A DNA stretch of 64,000 bases from an uncultured delta proteobacterium (lineage in GTDB: Bacteria > Myxococcota > Myxococcia > Myxococcales > Myxococcaceae), in contig CAVYSY010000032.1 in the NCBI GenBank assembly GCA_963771175.1, forward strand, positions 448,001 through 512,000, given 5' to 3'. This document shows positions 34,343-43,777 of the stretch, one piece after another. The notes beneath the pieces are model-generated. The model was not told where the DNA came from and searched no databases. It saw only the letters and a program-made list of their open reading frames with translations. Made by a program: the position numbers and the translations under genes. How positions within the stretch are numbered: the first letter of the stretch is position 1; each line of letters starts with the position of its first letter.

Positions 34343-35536
34343 TCAGAACATGTCGGGGATGGCCGGCGGCGGCCCGGAGAAGAGCGCCGCGGCCGTGCGC
34401 AGGGAGACCTCGTCGGCCTCGAGCGCCCCCGCGAACTGGAGGGCCGCGGGCGAGAGAAAGCCGGTGTAGAGCGGCGCGAGCGCCCGCACGTGCAGCCGCA
34501 CGTCCCCGTCTCCTCCGGGGCGCACCTCGGCCTCTCCGTCTTCCACCTCCAGCACGAAGCGACCGCGGTTCTCCGGGAAGAGGTCGTCATCCACCTCGAA
34601 GTGCAGCGCCCCCGAGATTCCGACCGGATAGCCACGGGCCTGGAGCACCGCGGGCACGTCCAGCACGCGCAGCATCCAGTGGAAGAGGTGCTTCACCTGG
34701 TACGTCTGCTCGCGCAGGAGGAAGAGGATCGGATCCACCGGTCCACCACGCCACACCGCCTCCCTCGCGAGCGAGCCGTGGTCGCCGATGAAGCTCAGCA
34801 GCCGCCGCCCAGCCGCCGGAGTGAGCGCGACCAGGTCGGTGAGGTTGAGCTCCTGCTGGAGCTCTCTCGGCTGCAGGGGCCTGCGCGTGAGGTAGAGGTA
34901 GCCCTCCACTCCGGCGCTGCCCTCCACGAGGTAGCCGTAGGCCGTCTCCCCCTTGGGATGGGTGACGCGGTTCCAGGTGTACGCGGTGCGGTCGAGCCAC
35001 CCCTGCTGCCGCTGCGCATAGCGGCGGTAGACGTCGTGGATGGCCGGCATGTCGGATGCCTCGATGGGCCGCAGCGCGAGGGTGCGCTCGTGGAAGTCGA
35101 GCCCCGAGACCTGCACGCGAATCTCGAAGCGCGAGCCGGCCTGCTCGAAGCCCACGCGCCGGTAGAGCGGCTGGGTGGCCGGGTAGAGGCTGGCGAGGGG
35201 GACGCCCTGCGTCCGCAGCTCGCGAAGGCCAGCCTGCATGAGTCGAGTGGCCGTGCCCTGGCCCCGACGGGCGGGCGCCACCCCCACTCCACCGATGCCC
35301 GTGACGGCCACCCGGCGGCCTCCGAACCACTGCCCCATGGGAATGAAGACGAGCGTGGCGACCGCCGAGCCGCCCTCGCGCAGCACCTTCAGGTGCCCGT
35401 TCCCGGCCTCGACCTTCTGCCTCCAGGGGGGCAGCTCCTCGGGGGGCATCCCGAAGGCCTGGGAAATGATGTCGTCCGCCGCGGCGAGCTCTCGCTCACC
35501 CTGTGGCGTGCCGAAATCCGCTGCTGTCGAGTCCAT
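34343..35536 (-). CDS. Eis-like GNAT acetyltransferase with SCP2-like C-terminus
   Basis: GIGGVGVAPARRGQG, SLYPATQPLYRRVGFE, LRVLDV..L..RGY, DDLFPEN.G. Confidence 0.88.
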   Translation of the reverse strand: MDSTAADFGTPQGERELAAADDIISQAFGMPPEELPPWRQKVEAGNGHLKVLREGGSAVATLVFIPMGQWFGGRRVAVTGIGGVGVAPARRGQGTATRLMQAGLRELRTQGVPLASLYPATQPLYRRVGFEQAGSRFEIRVQVSGLDFHERTLALRPIEASDMPAIHDVYRRYAQRQQGWLDRTAYTWNRVTHPKGETAYGYLVEGSAGVEGYLYLTRRPLQPRELQQELNLTDLVALTPAAGRRLLSFIGDHGSLAREAVWRGGPVDPILFLLREQTYQVKHLFHWMLRVLDVPAVLQARGYPVGISGALHFEVDDDLFPENRGRFVLEVEDGEAEVRPGGDGDVRLHVRALAPLYTGFLSPAALQFAGALEADEVSLRTAAALFSGPPPAIPDMF

Positions 35537-35681
35537 GCCGCCCTCCCGGGTCACAGGGGGCGCAGCCTAGGACATCGGTGTCCTGCCCGCCCCACTTCCA
35601 GGCGGGCCGTTGACTGGACAAGGCGTTTTCAATGGTTACAGGGAGGGCGTTCGCGCCCCCGAGGGGGCGCCCGGAGGCGAT

Positions 35682-37610
35682 ATGTCGGTCGAGACCCAGC
35701 GAGAGACCCACAAGTTCCAGGCGGAGATCAATCAGCTCCTGAACCTGGTCATCAACTCGCTCTACAGCCACAAGGAGATCTTCCTGCGCGAGCTCGTGTC
35801 GAACGCGTCGGACGCGCTCGACAAGCTGCGCTTCCGCTCGGTCACCGAGCCCGAGCTGCTCGAAGGAGCCTCCGCCCTCGAAATCCACATCCTCCCGGAC
35901 GAGGAGAAGGGCACGCTCACCATCGAGGACACCGGCATCGGCATGACGCATGACGAGCTGGTGAAGAACCTCGGCACCATCGCCCACTCCGGCTCGCGCG
36001 AGTTCCTGGAGCTGGCGGCGCAGCGGGGCCAGAAGGACATGAACCTGATCGGCCAGTTCGGCGTGGGCTTCTACAGCGCCTACCTGGTGGCCGATCGAGT
36101 GGAGGTGGTCAGCCGGGCGGCGGGCAAGGACTCCCAGGCGTGGCGGTGGGCCTCGGACGCCAAGGGCGCCTTCACGCTGGAGCCGGCCGAGCGCGCCACG
36201 CGCGGCACCTCCATCATCCTCCACCTCAAGGAGGACCAGAAGGAGTTCCTCGACGACCTGGCGCCTGCGCGCGCTGATTACGCAGTACTCGGACTACGTG
36301 AGCCACCCCATCAAGCTCCAGGTAGAGAAGACCACCGGAGAGGGGGACGCGAAGAAGACCGAGGCGCAGCTCGAGGTGGTGAACAAGGCCAGCGCCCTGT
36401 GGCAGCGGTCGAAGAGTGAGATCACCGACGAGCAGTACGCAGGAGTTCTACAAGCACCTCACGCACGACTGGGAGCCGCCGCTGGCGTGGACGCACTTCC
36501 GGATCGAGGGCAACCAGGTCTTCACCGGGCTGCTCTTCCTCCCGAAGCAGCCGCCGTTCGACCTGAACAGCCCCACGCAGCACGGGGTGCGCCTGTTCGT
36601 CAAGCGCGTGCTCATCATGGACCGGCTGCGAGGAGCTGCTGCCGCAGTGGCTGCGCTTCGTGCGCGGCGTGGTGGACTCGGACGACCTGCCGCTGAACGT
36701 GTCGCGCGAGCTGCTGCAGGACTCGGCGGTGGTGCAGGCCATCCGCAAGCAGGTGACGAAGAAGACGTTGGACATGCTGGAGAAGCTGGCCAAGGACAAG
36801 CCGGAGGACTACGGCACGTTCTGGAAGAGCTTCGGCACGGTGCTGAAGGAGGGCCTGGCGGTCGACACCGAGCACCGCGAGAAGCTGGGCGCGCTGGTGC
36901 GCTACGAGAGCTCGCGCGAGGAGGGCCTCACCTCACTGGCGGACTACGTGTCGCGGATGAAGGAGGGCCAGGAGGCCATCTATTACGTCTTCGGCGAGTC
37001 GCGGAAGGCGGTGGTGGACTCGCCGCACCTCGAGGCGCTGAAGAAGCGCGGGTACGAGGTGCTGTACATGACCGACCCGGTGGACGAGTGGGCGGCGCAG
37101 GGCCTGCGCGAGTACCAGGGCAAGCCGCTGGTGTCGGCGATGCACGCGGACCTGAAGCTCAAGGAGACGGACGAGGAGAAGCGCGAGAAGGAGGAGCGCG
37201 CCAAGGGGCTGGGGCCGCTCGCGGACCGCATGAAGGAGGTCCTCAAGGAGCACGTGCGCGAGGTGCGGGCGTCGGATCGGCTCACGGACTCGCCCTGCTG
37301 CCTCGTGGTGCCGGAGGGCGGCTCGCACGCGTTCGTGGAGCGACTGCTGCGTGAGCGGGGCCGGAGCGTGCCTCGCACCAAGCGCATCCTGGAGGTCAAC
37401 CCGTCGCACCCCATCATCGAGCACCTGCGCGCGCTGAACGAGAAGGAGTCGGGCTCGCCCCAGGTGACGGAGTGGGTGGAGATGCTCTACGACCAGGCGC
37501 TGCTCACCGAGGGCAGCAGCGTGGAGGATCCGAACCGCTTCGCGCGGCGGATGACGGCGCTGATGACGCAGGTGGCCGCGAGGCCCGAGACGCCGGTTCA
37601 GCACAACTGA
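35682..37610 (+). CDS. htpG: Hsp90 chaperone HtpG (about 3 apparent frameshifts)
   Basis: [56 protein letters not shown]. Confidence 0.95.
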
Positions 37611-37616
37611 GGAGCG

Positions 37617-38558
37617 TCATTCCAGACCGCGGCGGCGGGCCTCGGCATCCATGATGCGCTTCTCCACCTTCACGCGAGCGAAGTTGGAGAAGATGCCCCC
37701 CGGCTGCTTCGCTGGCAGCGAGCGCATCTGCAGCCGGAGATCCTCCAGCGTGTTCTCCGCCCGGTCCCGCCGGGCGAGCAAATCAGCGTTGGAGGCGAAG
37801 CGAATGGACAACATGGTGTCCACCTCGAGCCGCCCGTCCAGCTCGCGCTCCAGCAGCTTGAGGGAGATGGCGCACGGCGCCTTGGCCGTCAGCGCCTTCT
37901 CCACCAGGGTCCGGACGTCCAGCGCCGCCGTGCGCAGCGCGTTCATGTCCGCCGCGGCCTCCAGCCGCTCCATGCCCGTGGCCAGGTCCGCCAGCAGCGG
38001 AGTCATCGCCTTGCGGCCCGGCGGGGCCAGCAACTGCGTGACGTAGGCATCCATCCCGTCTCCGCCGGCCTGCTCCACCACCTGCCGCAGCAGGGGGAGC
38101 CAGTCCGTCTTGAGCTGCTCGCGCACGCTCCCCACCGTCGCACGCGACTGCGCGACCTTCTGGAACGCCTCGTCCAGGCCGTTCAGGATGGCCGTGGACG
38201 GCAGCACGCCACGAGGCGCGGCGGATCGGTCGTACCAGAGGCCCTTGCTCACCTCGGGGGCCACGCCGGTGAAGGCCGGGCGCCCGGGGTTGGTGCCCTC
38301 CCCGGTGAGCGCTGGCAGATTGGGGTTGGTGCCGCCGCGCGTGGGGAGGGCGGGGCGCCCCGGACTGGTGGGCCTCTCGGAGGCCTCGAAGCCGTCCCGA
38401 CCCGACCAGGCGGGACGTCCGACAACGGTGCGCTCGGTGTCGCGCGTGGGGGTGCGCGGGAGGACGAGCTTCCGCGGCTGCAACTGCGTGGGGGCCTCGT
38501 CGATGTCGAGCGGCACACCCGGGGTTGGGACCTTCGGCTTGGACGGCGGAGGCGGCAT
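37617..38558 (-). CDS. Hypothetical protein with Pro/Thr-rich repeated N-terminus
   Basis: Coding-type codon bias; repeats TSPGRPAL / TNPNLPAL / TNPGRPAF. Confidence 0.65.
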   Translation of the reverse strand: MPPPPSKPKVPTPGVPLDIDEAPTQLQPRKLVLPRTPTRDTERTVVGRPAWSGRDGFEASERPTSPGRPALPTRGGTNPNLPALTGEGTNPGRPAFTGVAPEVSKGLWYDRSAAPRGVLPSTAILNGLDEAFQKVAQSRATVGSVREQLKTDWLPLLRQVVEQAGGDGMDAYVTQLLAPPGRKAMTPLLADLATGMERLEAAADMNALRTAALDVRTLVEKALTAKAPCAISLKLLERELDGRLEVDTMLSIRFASNADLLARRDRAENTLEDLRLQMRSLPAKQPGGIFSNFARVKVEKRIMDAEARRRGLE

Positions 38559-38631
38559 GGGCACCCTCCCGACCCATGTTGCTACGACCGGGCCCGGTAA
38601 GGAAAGCCGGCCAGAGTAGGATGGTGGGCGG

Positions 38632-40210
38632 ATGCCGCGCGCCCCCACCGCTTCCCCCGTCCTCGACGAGGAGGAGCTCGTCCACCAGTTCCCCGGTCTC
38701 GACCGGCGTGCGCTCGGTGCGTTCTACACCCCCGCGCCACTGGTGGAGCGCACGCTGGCGCTCGCCCTGGCGCACGCCGGGGACGGGCCCCTCGCGGTGG
38801 TGGACCCGGCGTGTGGTGCGGGCGCCTTCCTCGCCGCCGCGGCACGCGCCCGCCCCGAGGCCTGGCTCACGGGTCTGGAGCTCTCCCCCGAGGTGGCCCA
38901 GTCCTGCCAGGCCCGCGTGCCCGGCGCGCACATCCGCGTGGGCGATGCCCTGCGCGGCGGGCTCGAGCCCCTCCTCGACGCGCTCCCCCCAGGTCATCGC
39001 GAGGTGTGGGTCGGAAACCCGCCCTACAACGGCACCTCCGCGCTCCTGAAGGACCGCGACGCCTATGCCCGACTCCGGGCCCTGATGCCCATTCTCGTTC
39101 CCGCCGGGCACCAGCCTGCGCGATGACTTCGCCTTCTTCCTCCTGCTCGCCGCGCACCGGCTCTCCTCCCGCCCGGGCGTGCTCGCCTTCATCACCCCTT
39201 CCAGTCTCCTCGACGCCTTCCTCTATGCGCCCCTGCGCGACACCTTGCTGCGCACGCTGTCGCTGCGCGAGGTGGTGGACCTCGGCCCCGGTGTCTTCGC
39301 GGGCACCCAGGTGCGCACCTGCATCACCGTGTGGACCTCGCCTCCGGATGCGCGGCTCCGGCCCGTGTACTCCCGGCACCCGCCCGCGCCGATTCCCTTC
39401 ACTCCCGAGGCCCCCGAGTGGCGCCTCGTGCCCACGCCTCCCGAGGCGGCGGAGTTGGACGCTCGCTGGCGCTCCGAGGGCGAGCCCCTCACCACGCTCG
39501 TCCCGGTGAGCCTGCCGGGCGTGAAGACGCGCTTCGACGAGCTGCTGGTGGATGAGGACCCCCAGCGACTCCTCACCCGCCTCGAGGACTTCGCGCGCAC
39601 GCCCCTGGAGTCCCTCGAGGACTTCGCCCGCTCCCATGGGATTCCCGAGTCGCTGCTGCCCAAGCTGCGCGCGTTGAAGGAGGGCCCGCCCGTCGCGGTG
39701 GACCCCGCCTGCGTACGCCCCTTCTTCCGCTACGCCGGAGCGCGCCACCGCGGCACCCTCCCTCCCGAGGCCCGCGCCTTCTGCTACCTGGATCGGCGCC
39801 TCATCCTCCGCGGCGACCACCGCCTGCGCGGCCCGTGGGATCCACACCGCGGCGAGGTGAAGCTCCTCTTCAACGTGCGCGAGCTGCCCCTCTCCGCCGC
39901 GCTCCTGGAGGAGGAGGGCTGTGTCCACGACCACCGGCACGCCCGCTTCGCCCCCCTGCTCGTGCCCCTACGCGTGCGCGACGAGGGGCTCGACATCACC
40001 CGCGTCACGCGCTCGGCGGAGGCCCTGGGCCCGCTCGTGCCCAACCTCTCGCCGAGAGGGCTCGCCTGGGCCGAGCAGCTCGGAGGCCCACTGGCCGCCT
40101 ACCAGGTAATCGTTCGATTCCTCAACGGCGCCGAAGTGCAGCAGCGCTGGGCTCCCGTCTACGGCGCCTCCCGTGTGGTCCACGTACCATTGGCTGCTCT
40201 CCAGCCTTGA
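38632..40210 (+). CDS. Amino (N6-adenine-type) DNA methyltransferase, orphan (apparent frameshift near 39110)
   Basis: GAFYTP, VDPACGAGAFL, VGNPPY, LAFITPSS. Confidence 0.8.
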
Positions 40211-40269
40211 GGAACGCGCCCGGCGCATTAGTGTCCACCTTCACTCTCGTTCCAACGGAGACACTCCAT

Positions 40270-40848
40270 ATGAAGACTCGCGCACTGCTGACCGCTGCTG
40301 TCCTCTGCCTCGCCGGCCCAGCCTTCGCCCAGGGCAAGGCCCCCGCCGCCAAGGAGAAGGCCGCTACCAAGAAGGAGGAGAAGACCGCCGAGAAGGCCGA
40401 GCAGAAGGCGGAGGGAGCCACCGCCCGCGCCGAGCTGAAGGACCAGAAGGGCCAGACGGTGGGAGAGGTGACGCTCACCGAGACGCCCCACGGCATTCTG
40501 GCGAAGGGGACGTTCTCCAACCTCCCGCCGGGCGAGCACGCCATCCACATCCACGAGACGGGCAAGTGCGAGGTGCCCTTCAAGACGGCCGGCGGTCACC
40601 TCAACCCGGACAAGAAGAAGCACGGCATCCTCGCCGCCGAGGGCAAGCACGAGGGAGACCTGCCCAACCTCCACGTGGGCGCTGACGGCAAGGTGCAGTT
40701 CGACTTCTTCGCCCACGACCTCAAAATGAAGGACGTGCAGGACCTGGACGGTGCGGCCGTCGTCGTCCACGCCACCGCGGACGACTACAAGAGCGACCCC
40801 GCCGGCAACGCGGGTGACCGCATCGCCTGCGGCGTCGTGACGAAGTAG
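40270..40848 (+). CDS. sodC: Periplasmic Cu/Zn superoxide dismutase
   Basis: Signal PAFA; HAIHIHE, AGGHLNP, HEGDLPN, VVHA..DD, GNAGDRIACG. Confidence 0.92.
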   Translation: MKTRALLTAAVLCLAGPAFAQGKAPAAKEKAATKKEEKTAEKAEQKAEGATARAELKDQKGQTVGEVTLTETPHGILAKGTFSNLPPGEHAIHIHETGKCEVPFKTAGGHLNPDKKKHGILAAEGKHEGDLPNLHVGADGKVQFDFFAHDLKMKDVQDLDGAAVVVHATADDYKSDPAGNAGDRIACGVVTK

Positions 40849-40857
40849 CAGGAGGCG

Positions 40858-40889
40858 CCGAGCCCTCCACTCACCTTCGGAGGGCTCGG
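40858..40889 (+). terminator. Hairpin downstream of sodC
   Basis: ccgagccctcc-N10-ggagggctcgg. Confidence 0.55.
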
Positions 40890-41011
40890 ATGTCCCTGTA
40901 GCCGCCCCCGCGGACGGCAATGGAGTGCCCTGTGGGAGGTGGATGAGTTGGTGAAGTGAGTTGCCAGCACGGGCCGCCTCCGAGCAGCATGCGCTTCGGA
41001 GGAAGAACCTG

Positions 41012-42154
41012 ATGAGCAGCCTTGGCAACTCCGACCACGAATCAGGAGCCGTCCGGCCCCCCAGCAACCTTCGCACCTACACCCTCGCTGGGCGCCGCGG
41101 TCTGCGAATCTCCCCCATCTCACTCGGCGCCGGCACCTTCGGCGATGGCTGGGACCCGGCCTGGCAATCGCCCCCCGACGAAATCGATCGCATCATCGAT
41201 GCCTACCTGGACGCGGGCGGCAACGTGATCGACACGGCGGACCGCTACCAGAACGGCCGGAGCGAGGAGCGCGTGGGCGCATACCTGCGCAAGTCGGGCC
41301 GGCGCGACGACGTGGTGCTCGCGACGAAGTGCGGGTATGGCGCGCCAGGTGACGTTCACCAGGGTGGGAACGCACGGCTGACGCTCCAGCGCGCCCTGGA
41401 GGCGTCGCTTCGAAGGCTCGGGACCGACGTCATCGACCTCTACCACGTGCACCTGTGGGATACGTTCACGCCGGTGGACGAGGTGATGGCGACGCTCGAC
41501 GCGTTCGTGCGGGCGGGGAAGATCCGCTACGTCGGGCTGAGCAACGTGCCCGCGTGGTACCTCGGGCGGGCGCAGACGCTGGCCGAGTGGCGCGGCTGGG
41601 AGCCGGTGGCGGTGGTGCAGGTGAACTACAGCCTGCTGGCGCGCACGGTCGAGTACGAGTTCGTCGATGCAGCGCAGGAGCTGGGTATCGGCCTCACTGC
41701 CTGGAGCCCGCTGGCGAATGGCCTGCTCACCGGCAAATACCGGGTGAACGAGCAGGGCCAGTTCGAGGGGGATGGGCGGGTGACGAAGACGTGGATCACC
41801 GACAACACGGTCGATGCATCTGCCCAGACGAAGCGGGTGCTGGACGCGCTCGTGGCCACGGCGGCCGAGCTGGAGCGAACGCCCGCCCAGGTCGCGCTGA
41901 ACTGGGTCATGAACCGGCCGGGCGTCGTCTCCACCATCATCGGTGCGAGAACCGAGGCGCAGCTCCGCGACAACCTCGCGGCGTTGGATTTCGAGCTGCC
42001 AGCAGCGCTCGCGGCCCGGTTGGAGGAGGTGGGGAGGCCCCCCGCGCAATACCCCTACTCGTTCTTCACCGATGCGTTCCACGACTCCACGGTCCGCTCC
42101 GGCCTTCCCGTGCAACGCGAACCGCGTGGATATCGCGGTCGCGGCTTTCGCTGA
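41012..42154 (+). CDS. Aldo/keto reductase
   Basis: GGNVIDTADRY, LATK, SLRRLGTDVIDLY, GKIRYVGLSN, WSPLANGLLTGKY. Confidence 0.92.
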   Translation: MSSLGNSDHESGAVRPPSNLRTYTLAGRRGLRISPISLGAGTFGDGWDPAWQSPPDEIDRIIDAYLDAGGNVIDTADRYQNGRSEERVGAYLRKSGRRDDVVLATKCGYGAPGDVHQGGNARLTLQRALEASLRRLGTDVIDLYHVHLWDTFTPVDEVMATLDAFVRAGKIRYVGLSNVPAWYLGRAQTLAEWRGWEPVAVVQVNYSLLARTVEYEFVDAAQELGIGLTAWSPLANGLLTGKYRVNEQGQFEGDGRVTKTWITDNTVDASAQTKRVLDALVATAAELERTPAQVALNWVMNRPGVVSTIIGARTEAQLRDNLAALDFELPAALAARLEEVGRPPAQYPYSFFTDAFHDSTVRSGLPVQREPRGYRGRGFR

Positions 42155-42171
42155 TATCCCAGGAGCCGTTC

Positions 42172-43717
42172 ATGAGCGCGGCGCACCCTCCCCGACGGCT
42201 GGGAGTGGCCATCTTCCTCGGCGCCCTCGTGCTGAACCTTCTCGTCAGCTACGGGGGAATCCGCTCGGCGGACAGCGAGGTCGTCTTCTCGCTGTGCGAG
42301 TCGCTCGTCACCCGGGGCAGTCTCGCCGCGGAGGGGACTCCGTTGTGGGAGGGCTTTGGACTGGCTCCCGGGAGGGATGGCCGGCGTTATCCCGTCTTCG
42401 GGCCGGGTGAGTCCTTCGCCTGCGTGCCGATGCTGGCGCTGGTGCGCGGACTGAATCGCACCGACTGGTACGAGTCGGGTCTCCTGCCGCCCCTCCATCC
42501 CAGCCATTACGTCCCCGAGGGGCTCAACCGCTTCCTCCTCGGGGAGCCGCTCCAGGACCTGGCGCCCCACGCGGACCGGCTCGCGCTGCCCCTCCTGAAC
42601 GTCCTGGTGGGGGCGCTCGGGGCGCTGGTGTTCTGGCACATCGCCTCGCGGCTCTCCCGCCACCCGGCGGCCGCGCTCGGAGTGACAGTGCTCTACGCCC
42701 TGGGCACCCTGGCGTGGCCCTACGCGGGTTCGGCCTTCAGCGAGCCCCTGGCGACCCTGCTCTCCCTGGCGGCGTTCGGGTTGCTCCTGCGAGCGGAACA
42801 GGCCTCACCCTCCTCGCGACTCTGGGCGGGCCTGGCGCTGGGTGGCGCCATCGCGACCCACATCACCACCCTGCTGTTCGTTCCCTTCTTCGCGGCGCTC
42901 GCCTTCCGGGGCGCGGAGGACCGCTGGCGCAAGGGCGCCTTCTTCCTGACGGGGCTGGGCGTCGTGCTGCTCGCGCTCGGCTATTACAACCACCTCCGGT
43001 TCGGCTCCCCGTGGGAGACGGGGCGCCATGTGAGCCCCGAGCTGGCGTTGCGCTACAGCTACGGCGAGGCCGTGGCGCCCTGGGAGGGCCTCTTCGGCCT
43101 CACCCTGAGCAGTGGCAAGGGGCTCTTCTTCTACTCACCCGCGGTGCTGCTCGGGCTGCATCGCTTGGCCGACGTTCCATCGCGAGCACCGCTTCCTCTC
43201 GTGGATGCTCGCGGGCGCCGCGCTGCTGCGCCTCGTCTTCATCGCCACGCGCAGCGACTGGCACGGCGGCTTCAGCCTGGGCCCGCGGCAGCTCGTCGTG
43301 CTCCTTCCATTCCTGCTCGTCCCGGTGGTGCCCTGGCTGGATCGGAAGCTCGAGGAGGGCAACCGCCGCGCGCTCCGCCTGTTCGCCGGCTTCTCGGTGC
43401 TGTGCATCGCGCAGCAGGTCGCCTTCTGCGTGGGCGAGGTGTTCTCGTACTTCCACATGATCCGCCGGGCCTACTCGGCGCAGGGCATCAACATCTTCGC
43501 GGACAATCGCATCTACCTGGACTGGGAGCTGTCCCCCCTGCTGTACCTGCTCGACGGCAAGCGCGGGCCGTGGCTGCTGTCAACGCTGCCGGTGGACAAC
43601 TACGCCCTCTGGGGCCTGCTGACCGCCCTCCTCACGGTGCTCTACTTCATCGGCCTGCGCCGGGTGGTGCGGACGCCCAAGGGGGCCCTGGTGCCTCCCG
43701 GCGAGCGAGCTTCCTAG
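42172..43717 (+). CDS. Polytopic membrane protein, GT-C (ArnT/PMT-like) glycosyltransferase candidate (apparent frameshift near 43160)
   Basis: Many TM helices; TLAWPYA..AFSEP, YNHLRFGSPWETG, GKGLFFYSP, GPRQLV. Confidence 0.6.
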
Positions 43718-43777
43718 AGGTCTCCTTCCGTGAAGCGGCCCCACCGGCAGCGCCGGTGACGAGGTGCGCGAGGAGCG

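Noticed and set aside
35605..35681. Heat-shock operator or RNA thermometer upstream of htpG
   Set aside because: No CIRCE or HAIR match; TTGACT lacks a well-spaced -10; the cgccccc/gggggcg hairpin does not cover the GGAGG RBS
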